NCBI GenBank assembly: GCA_977017645.1
Contig: OZ360222.1
Span: forward strand, 159,216,001 to 159,280,000
Direction of reading: 5' to 3'
Origin: Torpedo marmorata
Taxonomy: Eukaryota
Length of the DNA: 64,000 bases
Below, piece after piece: positions 1-12,275 of this stretch. How positions within the stretch are numbered: the stretch's first letter is position 1; every line of letters starts with the position of its first letter. The translations under genes were made by a program, and so were the position numbers. The notes beneath the pieces were generated by a model that saw only the letters and a list, made by a program, of their open reading frames with translations, made no database searches and was not told the origin of the DNA.

Positions 1-345
1 TCCCCGTTACTGCCCGGGAGAACGAGCTCCCCGCTCCTGCCTGGGAGAACGAGCTCCCCGCTCCTGCCTGGGAGAACGAGCTCCCCGCTCCTGCCTGGGA
101 GAACGAGCTCCCCGCTCCTGCCTGGGAGAACGAGCTCCCCGCTCCTGCCCGGGAGAACGAGCTCCCCGCTCCTGCCCGGGAGAACGAGCTCCCCGCTCCT
201 GCCCGGGAGAACGAGCTCCCCGCTCCTGCCCGGGAGAACGAGCTCCCCGCTCCTGCCCGGGAGAACGAGCTCCCCGCTCCTGCCCGGGAGAACGAGCTCC
301 CCGCTCCTGCCCGGGAGAACGAGCTCCCCGCTCCTGCCTGGGAGA
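1..345. repeat. 27-bp GC-rich minisatellite (CTCCTGCCYGGGAGAACGAGCTCCCCG, about 12 copies), cut by the window start
   Basis: Directly visible tandem units; explains the QERGARSPG repeat ORF 7..384. Confidence 0.95.
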
Positions 346-654
346 AAGACGTCGCCGCACCTGCATCTTCCCGGCCAGAAGCAAAGGTTTTTTTTACTGT
401 TTTTTTTACTTACTTAATTTACAGCTTTGTTACTTGGCGATTGGGATGTTGTAACAAATTTTGGGTTGTTGCTGGGAGGCCCAGACAGCCTGAAAATTGG
501 GGGTCGACTTATACGCCGGTCAATGCGCAACATCTCAGGCATCGCGATTTTTGGGGTCGACTTATACGCCGGATATACCATAAAACCATTAAAATGAGGC
601 TGAAAAAGGGGGGTCGACTTATACGCCGGTCGACTTATACGCCGAAATATACGG
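1..654. mobile_element. Right part of a Tc2/pogo-like non-autonomous DNA transposon carrying the minisatellite
   Basis: Four subterminal GTCGACTTATACGCCG repeats (about 503-644), ending ...GAAATATACGG followed by TA (655-656), i.e. a CCGTATAT-type TIR with TA target. Confidence 0.75.
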
Positions 655-656
655 TA

Positions 657-1855
657 TTTCTTTAAACCTTCCACGATTGACGTAGCTTTTAAAGAATGGT
701 ATAAATTAGGCATTAAATGTTATAAATATTTATTTGTCAAAGGAAGTCTTGCTTCTTTTGAACAACTGTCAGTTAAATATAGCATGCCAAATACTTATTT
801 TTTTCGTTATTTACAGATTAGAGATCTTTTTGCGATCTCAATTACATACATTTCCTAAGAGCATTGATAAGAATTTAATAGATGTAATTTTTAATTTACA
901 ACCTTTTTATAATGGTTCAATATCTAACATTTATGATATGTTGTTGGGAATAAGAGAGGCTCCCTTACATAAAATTAAAAAAGCCTGGGAACAGGACCTA
1001 CAGCTTTTAATCTCTGAAGAAACTTGGAATGTAATTTTTAAATTGGTTAATACCTCATCTTTATGTGATCGCCACTCCCTCCTACAATTTAAAGTAGTCC
1101 ATAGGGCTCACGTGTCCAAAACCAAACTATCTTGCTTTTATGCGGATGTATCTCCTCGTTGAGATGGATGCAACTATGGAGATGCTTCACTAATTCATAT
1201 GTTTTAGAAATGCCAGAGTCTTGGGAAATACTGGAATTAAGTATTTCAACTTTTTAATGTACTTTTTAAAGTTAATTTTAAGACTAATCCTTTAACTGCC
1301 TTGTTTGGTATTGTTGTAGAGAGTGGCATAACTTTAATGGCATCTGATTGCATGTATTAGCCTTTATTCCTCTTATGGCTAGGCAGGCAGTGTTGCTCAA
1401 ATGGAAGGACGTTGCTCCGCCTACCCACGCTCAATGGCTACGTGACGTTATGTCATGTTTAAATTTAGAGAAGATTAGATGCTCAATTTCCGATTAAATT
1501 TTCAAACACTGTGGGGACCCTTTTTGAATTACTTTTATAATCTCTGATTTTGTATTAATGCAGAGGTATTGACTAATAAGGTCATTTATTACTTTGATAA
1601 GGAATTTTTTTCCTCTCTTTGCCAAACACCTTAGTTGCCAAACAGCTTTGTTTTTGGTAGCGGGCTTAGATTTTCTTTTTATAATAAAATATTACTATAA
1701 TATAATTTGTTTGATTGAGAATGCGGGGTACCTTGGATGATATGATCTAAGTGTAATGTATTATTTTTTTAATTTTAATATGTATACTTATGTACTCTGT
1801 ATTTTTCGATGTGGAATTTCAATTTTAATAAAAATATTGAAAAAGAAAGGAAAGA
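657..1855 (+). mobile_element. L1 LINE 3' fragment (ORF2 C-terminus, 3'UTR, A-rich tail), pseudogenised
   Basis: ORF 734..1162 (KKAWEQDL...LLQFKVVHRAH), then broken Cys/His motif (GC..ASLIHMF*KC) and WKDVAPPTHAQWLRDVMSCLNLEKIR typical of fish-type L1 ORF2 ends; AATAAA and A-rich tail at about 1828-1855. Confidence 0.85.
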
Positions 1856-1861
1856 GGCATA

Positions 1862-2191
1862 CAGGTGCTCCCCTACTTACGATGGCCTGACTTATGATTT
1901 TTAGAAGTTACGATGGTTCGAATCCGTACTTTCAATTTTGAATTCCGATCTGTTCCCGTGCTTGCGATATGCGGTATGCTACTCTCTCGCGATGCTGGGC
2001 GATGGCAGCATCGCGTGAGAGTATCGTACAGCATACTCTCTCACGATGCTGACACAACCACGCTCACAGTCTCCTGCTTCTGGTGAGAAGAAAAAGAGGA
2101 AAGCAATTACTGGTAGGTTTCGACTTACGATTTTTTTGACTTACGATGGATTTGCCGGAACGTAACCCCATCGTAAGTTGAGGAGCACCTG
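1862..2191. mobile_element. Tigger-like MITE
   Basis: TIRs CAGGTGCTCCCCTACTTACGATGG / CCATCGTAAGTTGAGGAGCACCTG flanked by TA on both sides; internal GACTTACGAT repeats. Confidence 0.88.
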
Positions 2192-2998
2192 TAAATTTAA
2201 GTGGGGTAACAACAAATGTTCTCCCACTTCCCTGCCATGGAAAGAGTCATAATGAGGGTGTTCCTCTATAAAGGAGAGCCATTAATTTGTAGATGGATTC
2301 TATCCATCAACAGACATAATATACATGATCTCCACCACAGGACAAATCCCTGAAAATGCAGAGAGCAACATCAATCACTATTCACAGCCTGTCTCCCATC
2401 TGGCAAAAGTTATCTGAGACACAGACCTTTTTGAAATGTTGTTTTTGTTCATCTGCTACATGATATGGTGCAAGCCATTATTCTCACCATTACATCTGTT
2501 GCAGACCCAATCCCAATGCCGTTTGAGACAAGCAAGGCTGTGTCATCATATCAACCCTCTTCATTTTTCCATGTTGCACTTCTAGCAAGCTTCCTGTGGG
2601 AGTGATCAGCAGGACCAAGGAAACACTGTTCAACCTCTGACCTTCTTCTCTAGAACCAAGATCTTGGCTATTGAAGAACAATACAGACAAACCTTGTGGA
2701 TGTTTGGAGGTGGAGTTCCATGTCACCACGAATTAATTCACTGAATTAAATTAAAGCAGGAGCTTCACCCTAAACACGGGAAACCAAATATCCTCTCTGT
2801 CTACCTCGTGGCATGACACCGGCTCCTCCCAACCATCACTCTGCCTTCCCCCAGCAGATTACTAAGACCTGCGATAAGTCTCCAACTAATGCTTTGAAGC
2901 AAGAGATGTCAAAATTCACCATTTGCCTTCAGTGTGCCAGCACAGAATTTGTTCAAAGATCAAGATCTTGTACCTACAGCTTTGTGCAAATTTTATTT

Positions 2999-3269
2999 GG
3001 GGGCGGCACGGTTGGTGTAGCGGTTAGCAAAACACCTTTACAGTGCCAGTGATTGGGACCAGGGTTCAAATCCCGTGCTGTCTAAGGAGTTTGTACGTTC
3101 TCCCCGTGTTGTGTGGGTTTTCCCCGGGGGCTCCGGTTTCCTCCCACCGTTCGAAACGTACCGGGGGGGTGTAGGTTAATTGGGTGTAAATTGGGCAGCA
3201 CTGACTCAAGGGCCAAAAAGGCCTGTTACCGTGCTGTATGTCTGAATTTTAAAAAAAAAAAAAAAAAAT
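2999..3269 (+). mobile_element. HE1/V-SINE-type tRNA-derived SINE
   Basis: GGGCGGCACGGT head, B box GGTTCAAATCC, V-domain-like GAGTTTGTACGTTCTCCCCGTG, tail GTGCTGTATGTCT plus A run. Confidence 0.9.
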
Positions 3270-3414
3270 AATTTATTGGTCCCTGCCCTCCTGAATATTA
3301 CACAGCACTTGGGCTAGTGACAACGATCACCTCTAAGCTCTGGGCAGGTACTGCCAATGCTGTTTTTATTTTCAAATCCACTGGTGAGACAAGCAAACCA
3401 ACACTGGCATTATC

Positions 3415-3572
3415 TCCAAATTTCACAGATTCACCACCCACTGGCTAAAGAAATTCCTCATTGTCTATTCTAAAGGGACATCCTTTATATCTGAGGCTGT
3501 GCCTTCTGGTCCTAGACACTCCCACTACTGGAAAGATCCTTTCCATGTCCACTCTATCCAGGCCTTTCAATA
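3415..3572 (-). mobile_element. CR1 LINE ORF2 3' fragment
   Basis: Reverse complement resembles the TRGHSL..KG..FR / FFSQ.VVNL segment, similar to the copy at 18497-19530. Confidence 0.7.
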
Positions 3573-4389
3573 TTTTTTCTTGCTATAATTTTTATCTTTA
3601 TTAATATCCTGTTTTGATCTGTGAAATAATCATTACTACACTGAATTGTTTCAATTTGGCATGCAGTTTATTGGGCAGATTTCAAAATGTTTTTTGTGGT
3701 TGCTTTTTGGAATTTAGATTCTAAACTTTGAAAGCTTCTGTTTTGAGGTAAACATTGTGATCATTTTAATGGGGAAGTTACAGTAAAATTAAATATTTTC
3801 TTAGTTTAAAAAAAAATCCCACAAGGCTATGTATTCCAATAACTGTCTCTTGTGATGATGGAAACGAAAACCTGAATGTTAGGAATCAAAAGTTGATTGA
3901 TTTGAAACTCCTGCCTGACTTTTGCAGTTAGCATTGGCGTATGAGCATTTGAGCTTGATCTATGAATTGCTCACAAAGTTCCAGAAACCTCTCTGTGGAT
4001 TTCCTTTGTTCTGATACTGGTTGTTGCAGTGTTCCTACTCCAGGCAATGGCTGGTGTGTAGTTGTTGAGAAGACAGCAGCAGAATTCTCCAAGCCATGTA
4101 AAAAAAATTTTAAAAGCGCATTTAAAACAATGCTTTGTAGAATGAGAATCTAGAAGAAGATACAATATTAAGGTTTATTATTAAAAAGCATGAATTTTTT
4201 AAATGATTGGGAGGGAATGAGAAACTATTTTCAGTTAGTTTTGGGGTCAGAGAGGTAGTGGTGCAATATCAGTGGTTATGTGAAATTGCTGTTAGCTATC
4301 TGAGTTTTGCTGGTTTTATGCAAAATAGTGCTCCTAGTGGAAGATCAGGTAATTAAAAATATACCCTTGTGTACAGTAAATACAATCAG

Positions 4390-5225
4390 TGCATATCTTT
4401 CTCTACATTCATTGTTCCATCACTGAATACATTTTTTTTTACAATTTGTCAGTGGCACTCCTGTTTCCTTCTCAAAAAATGCATCAAACACTGAACATTT
4501 GTTACACAGGACCCAGCCCCTCAGTGTTCACCACCGGCAGAACCCTAGACTGTGGATGTTCTCCACAGTTTTGGTGCATACCTCAGCACGTACTTGTACA
4601 CCTTGGTACATGCTAGTCAGTAGTATTAGTTTTTGGACATCTCGCACTAGAAGACCAACCAAGTTTCTCTGGCAAACCTAAATGTATCTCTAATTGCATT
4701 GATGTTCCTGCGCAGTTGATGCTTGGGAATAGCCTATAGCCTGTAGATCAGGTCCGAGTCCTCTGTTGTGCACCTGATCGGGTCAAACTTTGCCAAGGAA
4801 CATTGCACTCCTTTCCAGATCCTTTTGGTAAATGCACAGTCCATGAGGTGGTGGGTGATCATATCATCCATGCGGCATTCGGTGGGATTGAGGCCCCAAC
4901 TGTGCATTACAGATCTAACAGCGGGTGGATGCCCTCTCTGCCAGGTAAAGTCTTAGTGGTGGATTTTGTGGGATTCTGCCAAACGGCTTTGACAGTCACC
5001 CCTCAGGATTTACTATCGCAGCAAGGTCCAATTGAATGCTATATTGTGCAGCAATGAGGTCGGGCCTACCATTTGCAACAGGTAGAACCTCGGTACGTAC
5101 TGACGTGGTGTTTATGCGCTTTGGCCACCTGTGTGTGTGGATGCACAGTTTATTGCATCCACACACACAGGTGGCCATCAAGATGAGGCTAGAGAGAAGC
5201 ACAAAAGCTGCAGGTGGCACAATGG
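4390..5225 (-). mobile_element. Tx1-like (L1 clade) LINE 3' fragment, degenerate
   Basis: Minus-strand pieces TVKAVWQN, IWKGVQCSLAKF and RLACTKVYKYVLRYA resemble elasmobranch Tx1 ORF2 C-termini; frameshifted. Confidence 0.6.
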
Positions 5226-6771
5226 CAAATTAATGGAATTTCAGAGTTGGCTACATTTCCTAGTCTGTTACAGTATTTAAATTTTATTTTGAAGTGTGGG
5301 AAGGGAAAGATAATTTCTTTGTTCTTTACCCTTGCTGTGGAGACCAATCAAGGAAGAGCTGGTTGCCCTTGAACAAGCCCAAATTGAGCAGCATTTAGGA
5401 ACAAACACTTGTGTTAGCCATGGTGAATATTTGAATTTGTAGGAAGGATTTTGCTAAAATTGTAGGTAATTGGAATTACAGCATCACATATAAGTTAATT
5501 ATGTCTCCTTTATTGAAGATATCAAACAGACCATTTATTTTTTCTTGAAAGGCTCTGTTATATAATGTATTATAAATATGATTTATGCTGGTAATTGCTG
5601 AATGTGACATAATTGGAGATGTTTAATCTAAATGGAACACATCACATTTCTAAAAATCTTTGGAGAATTATAACCTCTATACTTTGTGCCATGCAATCAT
5701 TTGTTGCTGCTGCATATGTTCTCTTTGCCATGGCTACTGTTCCTTTTTTTTTGGTTCTCTAAATTTTTCTAACCTTTTCACCACTTGATGCAATGTCTTC
5801 TTGCACACCAATGTGACATCACTGAATTAGAAGGAGCAATACAATCAGTCCTGAAACATTTGCTTATCAGAAGGAGTGTGGTTGTTCAGTAGGGGTGGTG
5901 TTTGTGTGGTGGGGGATTAAATATAAAGATTGTTTTAAGTGAGAAACTGAACACAAAAGGACTCTACTATAACTGTGATAGAAGCTTTTTTTTCTTTTTT
6001 TTGCATACAAAATATATAATTTTGTGTGTGTAAGCAGTCAGCTCTGTCTAGGTAACTGAGGGAGGTGCTTCCATGGATCAAGGAAAGTATAGTAATACAA
6101 AAGGAAATAATGGAACAAAGGATTACTGTTTTAATAGCAAAAGTAATTAGTTGGAGACCTGGCAAATACAAAACGTCATTTCTCAAATGTGGAATGTTTC
6201 AGGTCAATGGAAATCAGACACTTCACTGGGAAATTCTGCACTCCCGCTGCAGAACTATATGTTGGAAATAGAAACACTGCATTTTAACACAAATTCTTTC
6301 AATTGTGCTCCCTTCAACCATGTTTCTCCTACTGGGATCCAACATTTCCATATTCTCACAGGTATAAAATAAATTGGATCAACATGCAAGAAATGTCAAA
6401 AAGAACCTGGGTGCAGAGATTCACCAGTTACTTCTGATGTGCTGAATGTGTTTTAAACATGCTGGGATTACATTTCTGAAACACCAGTGTGCAAATCTCG
6501 AGGGCTGTGCATTTGTCAAACTCAAACATTTCTCTGTATTTTCTGCAATTGAATGCAGAGTGTCTTGCTAGCTCTCGATTACAACAACTGCAGCAAAACA
6601 TCGAGCTGGACCATCAATCCTCTGTCATCAACACAGCTGGAGGAAAGGCCTGTATTGGTTACTATAATCTGCATTACTGGATAAATCTAATAGTTACTGA
6701 TCCACAGGCAAGTGAAGTGCACCAAAATTCCTCTCAAACCAAGTTAGGGCATTTATGAAACTTTGGGGTAA

Positions 6772-7325
6772 AACAAGAAAATATGCAGATGCTGTGATTG
6801 TTGTTTAATACACAAAAGTGCCAGAGAAACTCAGCAGGTCATGCAGCGTTCTTTATGTAGCAAAGATAAATAACCAACGTTTCGGGCCTGAGCCCTTTGT
6901 CAAGGTATGGGTAAAAAGCAGGCAGGTGCCTGAATAAAATGGTGGAGGGAGGATCACAGGCAAGAGGTCAGGTCGATATGGGTGAGAGAGCAGAAGAGAA
7001 AAAAGCTGGGAAGTGATCGGGGAGGGGGGTATAGCTCTTAAAATGGAGAGGGATGGGGAGCTGGAGGAAAGGAGATAGAGGGATGGGGATAGAGAGAGAG
7101 GAGGGGCCTAATGGACATTGGAGGTCAATGTTAATGCCATCTGGTTGGAGGGTGCCCAGACTGGATGTTTTGTGTTGTAGAAAGAATCATTCAAATTCTT
7201 CACGTGGATTGGAGGTGCACAAGAGACGGCAGATACTACAGTCTTGATGAAGGGTTCAGACCCAAATGTTGACCATTCTTATTCGCCAACTGATTCTGCT
7301 CCTGCAATAGATCTTTGTGTTCTCC
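6772..7325 (-). mobile_element. Penelope-like element 3' terminal fragment, plus an oppositely oriented terminal piece at about 7236-7325
   Basis: Reverse complement matches the 3' end of the PLE at 23870-26190 (CTGCTGAGTTTCTC..GCA, purine-rich tract, LGTLQPDGINID remnant near 7120-7165); hammerhead-like motifs. Confidence 0.8.
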
Positions 7326-8051
7326 ATGTGGATGTTGGCTCGTGATCCTACTTGGGAATTGGCTGTTGTTTGTGGCAAAATGCACTGGATTCGTGGATTA
7401 GGAACAGCCCTCTGAGCACATCAAATCTCTGCTGCTTTCTCTCCAAAGCAGCTGCCACTTTATTCTCTGGTTTGTACTCCAAACAATTAACACACTTGCT
7501 TGATAAATAAATTAAAAATTGTTCTCTCCAATTGCGGCAATACATGTTAAGGATCCATGTTAAGGATCTTTGGGTAAAGATGTTTTTGCTCACCTTTGTT
7601 TTTGTGATTGTTTTAAGCTTTGTTTTATTTCAGTGGAAAAACTTGCTTTTGTTAACTATCAGATCCCCTTGAAAAGTGATCTTAATTTTTTCTAATTTGT
7701 TGTCCTAAACCTGAAGGCTCTGATATAGTTCCATATATGCACTAAAATAATTTTTGGCAAATCTTGAATGAATGGAATGGAATTTAAAAGATGGAACTAA
7801 AGAATAGGTAAAAGTGTATGTGGGTTGTATCTTCGCACTTATTCTATCCTTGCTGCTCCTTCAGTGAAGTACTTTTTATTTTCTTTTTAAATCTCTTTAT
7901 TAATTCCATACTTCTACTTTCTGAAGTGATTTTTTTTTTTTTTTTTTTTAAGAAGTATTATCGGCAGATAGCACAAGTTTTGAAACCAGGTGCAAGAAAA
8001 TGGACCATGATTGCCAAAAGAAGCATGTTGAGGCTGTCATATTTTATAGTA

Positions 8052-8335
8052 CAATGAAACCCCGATTTTATGCGCCCCGATTTAACGCGAATTCGGATAT
8101 AACGCAATGAGTCATTGGACTCGGGCGTCGGGCTCCCAGCAGGAGCGGGGGTGTCGGGCTCCGGATTAATTTAAAATGCATACAGAATAACTGGGATGTT
8201 CCAAATAAAGGAGAAATGGAAATGATGTAGGTATGCAAATTAAACAGGGAAATACAGTGAAACCCCGATTTAGCGCAACCCCGCTTTTTTCGCGATGAGA
8301 TTTTATGGACCTCATGTTATAACGGGTTTTCACTG
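8052..8335. mobile_element. Tigger-like composite MITE (copy 1)
   Basis: TA-flanked CARTGAAACCCCG...TTTCACTG TIRs, extra internal TIR at 8255; inverted near-identical copy at 43139-43414. Confidence 0.88.
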
Positions 8336-8541
8336 TAATTATGTCTACAGTATTTAATTACCTGAAATGGACCTTCTGTAAAATGACCACTTCACACTTT
8401 ACATTTTATTACCGAGAATCTCAACACTGAACAGTCTTGTGCAATTTTAATGCATTCGTTCAGTATGAAGATGTCATGAAAAAATATTTATTAAAAAGGG
8501 CAGATGTTTAAGGGGGAAAATCAGTCAACTACTGGTAACTT

Positions 8542-9055
8542 TTTAAAAAAAATATTTTATTTTAAAATTTTTAAATCACACAATACACTGTATAAAATGC
8601 AAAATTATCAAAATACATGTGATACATTTTCTCCCCCCCCCCCACCCTCCCTTCCCTCCCTAACCCTCTCACCCCTACTAATCTGGTAAAATAAAAAAGA
8701 AAGAAAGAAAAAGATAGAATATGGAGAATGTCAATCTAAAAAAAACTATAAACTAATTTTATTGTGGAAAATAGGTTCGCCAGTCAGATCTGATATCCAG
8801 AGATCTTCAAATCCTTAAACCAACCGTTTTTATATATGGGCTCCATATTTTCAAAAAGAAATGATATTTATTACGTAAATTATAAGTAATTTTTTCAAGT
8901 GGTATAGCTGAACGAAGTTCTGCATGCCATCTATCTAACCCTAAATCGACATCAGATTTCCATGTAATAGCAATACATTTCTTAGAAACAGCTAAAGCAA
9001 TTCGCAAAAATTCTATTTGATACATATTTAATTTCATCTTGGTACTTATTCTTTG
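8542..9055 (-). mobile_element. 5'-truncated L1 with 14-bp target-site duplication
   Basis: ORF 8807..9133 (KKCIAITWKSD...IPLEKITYNLRNK..FLKIWSPYI) is an L1 ORF2 end; ACTACTGGTAACTT at 8528-8541 and 9056-9069. Confidence 0.9.
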
Positions 9056-9649
9056 ACTACTGGTAACTTCGATACAAAAACCCACCATAGGAATGCAGAT
9101 ATGTTTAGCTTCTTGACTCTTGTAGTCAGACATTGCTTTTCAGAGCAGATACATACGTGCCTGTAGTCTTTTCCTTCACAGCACTTTAAGGAATTTGTTC
9201 TCCTGTCCTGAAGTGTTGACTCAGTCAGCTTCACATTCGTGCAAAACACATTTAATCATTTTAATGCAATTTTCTTTGCTGCACTTCCTTTGGCAGAGCT
9301 GCTGTTGGTGCAGATAAGCACCAGGGCTGAACCAAGCAGGATTCATGTGTGCATTTATTGCTCCTAGTATTAAGACTGGAACACTCTGCTTCTCTTCCCC
9401 CCCCACCTCTTTTTGATCAATATACAACTAAATTCAGTGAAATAGTGAACTTTTGCCTAGATGTCTGGTTGAGTTTCTAAATGAATGGTGTTCTTGGTGT
9501 GATTGAGTCTTTGGGTAGTGGACAATGTAATGGGCTATGTGTGGTGCTTGCCTAATTCATGCTGAAAGAGTGTGGAGAGAGCAAGGAGCTGAATGTATAT
9601 CATCTTGTAAATAACTAGCTCAGCAACTAAACATTAGTTCCTCCTTTTT

Positions 9650-9775
9650 GTAAGAAAAATAGAGGGTTACGGGTGTGAGGTAGGGAAAAAATTAGATTGT
9701 TGGAGAGTAGGTTTACATTGGTTAGCACAACATCATGGGCTGAAGGGCCTATACTGTGCTGTAATGTTCTATGTT
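9650..9775 (+). mobile_element. CR1 3' tail fragment
   Basis: GCACAACATCATGGGCTGAAGGGCCT..CTGTGCTGTAATGTTCTATGTT, same as the tail at 54040-54100. Confidence 0.75.
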
Positions 9776-11451
9776 GCAGTTGCAATTTTTAATAAAGAAA
9801 GCAATACAAGAAGCGGACGTCAAATTGTTTAATTGAAAAGTAGGTTAAGGGCATTGATTTGGCCTGAGCATGTTTATCCTACAGCGCAAATAATTATGAT
9901 GTTTACCCACTTTGCTCCTATATTCCTTGCTCCAGTTTTGTGTTTCAAGTTCGATGCCAATGCATATTTATTTAATAACTTTAGTACTTTGTATATTGTG
10001 GTTTGAATAACTCCTGTTAAAAGGATATCATTGATCAAACACTGACCTCTAATCTCCAGGTGAGACTGGGGCTTATTACACAACGTCATTAATTTACAGT
10101 GCCTCAAATCCAGCGTGAAGCCTCTCCCTGATTTGAGGGTGTCGCTTGAAACCACAGGGGATGCACAGTCGGTGGCTAATTCAAGGAAATTGTTTCATTC
10201 TGATGGCAGCTAACGGCATAAATATGGTAACTGTGTATGGGCCTGACTACAGATTCATTCTGGACGGAGAAACATCATATCTTTGCTCTCAACCCTAGCG
10301 TCTGCGTATCTTCATATCTAACTTTTTGTGTGCTGAAAGCAACTGAGGCAAATTCTATGAATGCATAAAATCTGACTTGAAACATGGAAATGACTGAAAC
10401 TTGCCTGCTTCTGTTTCGTATGGTTTTCAAAGCTTTTCCTTTTTAATAATCCATACCTGCAGACCACTTGCTTTGCTAGAGAAAGCTACAAGAAGCACAG
10501 TTAGAATATTTTATCAGATGCTTTCAGAGTGCTTTGTGTTCTTGGCACAGGGGTTTGCAACCTCTTCATTTCTTGACGCCCCAAAATTAACTGTGCTAAT
10601 TTATGATCCTTTTTCATTTTACTCGTCTCATTTTGCATAACATGACACAGAGGAAGTTGAAGACACTAATTATTCAATTGCCTGTCACACTTCTCGTTCT
10701 GTTTATCTTTTCACTTCAATCTTTTTGTTTCTCTTGTTTTTCTTTTCCTGTTGGGTTGGGGGTGGTGGGAAGAAAAGTCCCACAATGTTGCAGGCTGTGT
10801 TTGCAACAGAGTTTTTAAACTCCAACCTACCCTTTCACCTACCCACTACATTTTACCTTGACTCTTGGTCCAACTTTTCCACTTTGAATTATCCGTCCAC
10901 CTCTGCAACTTTCCAGTCCCTTTTTTTTGTGCTGTCTCTTGCCACAATCAAAAACTCCCTTCCACTTTGCTCCCTCCAGGAATGGTCAATTCCATTTTTT
11001 CCCCTCTTGAACTTTGCTTCTGTCCAGAGGTAATTGTTTATTCGTAAAGTTCAACTGAAATGAATCAAATTTGAACAGAGAACGTTTGTCTTTTTTCTTT
11101 TCTTTTGTCTCCTCCTGTCTCATGAGTGTTAACAGAAATTGCTTGAAGGTGAAAAAACACTATCAATAGACTGAGCAGCACTGCATCATCCCTTCAAATT
11201 TAGGCAAACTGCATATGCTCGGAATGCTGAATCCAAGTTCAGTTTCAGGTAACCTCTCCAAGCAAGGAGTAAATGTGTTAATCCCAAGTCCAGACATGTA
11301 GGAACGGCTGATTATCATGATTAATCATTTTTATTTTTAAAAAAAGTGGCTGCAAAAGATGTTCCAGGTAAGTTGGTTGACAAATTTGATCACTAAAAAA
11401 ATGTAGGATTTTTAGAGGTTCTGCTCAAACCTTTTATTGTCTTCATTGTCT

Positions 11452-11793
11452 GAAGAGGGCTCGCAAAATCATTGAGGACCCCTTCCACCCTGCACACAGC
11501 ATCTTTCAGCTGCTCCTGTCGGGGAAGAGATACAGGAGTATCAGCCAGCACCACCAGGCTGAGGAATAGCTTCTTCCCACAGGCAGTGAGAATGTTGAAC
11601 GACCAAAGGAACTGCTCACACTAACCATCCGAGACTCTCATTTGTACAAAACAATTTTTTTTAATTTATTTTTATAGATATAATAGTGGTCCTGCATATG
11701 TATTATTTGTCTGTATGTGTGTTATGTCTGGTTGTATGTCTGCATGTTTTTGTCGGGTTGTCCAATCAGATGACAGCAAACTTGACTTGACTA
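11452..11793 (+). mobile_element. Rex1/Babar 3' fragment
   Basis: Encodes KIIEDPFHPAHSIFQLLLSGKRYRS..TTRLRNSFFPQAVRMLN; (CTTGA)n tail. Confidence 0.85.
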
Positions 11794-11924
11794 TTCCATA
11801 TGAAAGAACAAGGCCCATGACAACAGAAGTGCAGTAGTGTACAAAATGTTACACAAGTAATGGAAATACCCATCACATTGCGGTCTGTTGAATAAAACTG
11901 CAAATAAAAAAATCACAGATATGC

Positions 11925-12275
11925 TTGTCATTGGCGTTGCTGGCATTTATTGTCTATTTCTAATTGATGCTAAACCACGGAGGCAGTTAAAATGCTGCCG
12001 CCTTGGTGTGTCTGGTGTCGTGACCAATTCTGTTTCGCACACTTTCTTCTCTGAAGGATATTGGAGAGCCAGGTGGACTTTTGTAACAATCCATTAATGG
12101 TTGCCATTGCCAAGACAAGTTTTTGTTTTAATTTCTGATTTAAATTTTCTTTAAATTCCCCAGGTGTGAACACAATGTACATCTGTATTATGTGTACAAA
12201 GTTGTTTTTGATGCTCAATAAATACATTTTGAACAAAAAATAAATCCCCCAGGTGTGGTGGTAGGATTCAAACTT
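11925..12275 (-). mobile_element. Old elasmobranch SINE or LINE-tail remnant, interrupted by the 12169-12240 insertion
   Basis: GGCATTTATTG..TAATTG start, TTTAAATTCCC..GTGGTAGGATTCAAAC (B-box-like on minus) end; similar remnant at 36740-36920. Confidence 0.5.
12169..12240 (+). mobile_element. 72-bp polyadenylated retro-insertion (probably an extreme L1/Tx1 3' truncation)
   Basis: AATAAA and A tail; 17-bp TSD TAAATYCCCCAGGTGTG at 12152-12168 and 12241-12257. Confidence 0.8.

Noticed and set aside
7-384. 125-aa QERGARSPG repeat ORF; array superficially CRISPR-like or protamine-like
   Set aside because: Pure 27-bp tandem repeat without spacers, inside a DNA transposon; open only because the unit length is a multiple of three and has no stop
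2999-3075. tRNA gene suggested by A and B boxes
   Set aside because: Continues into the V-SINE body; the same applies to all HE1-type copies
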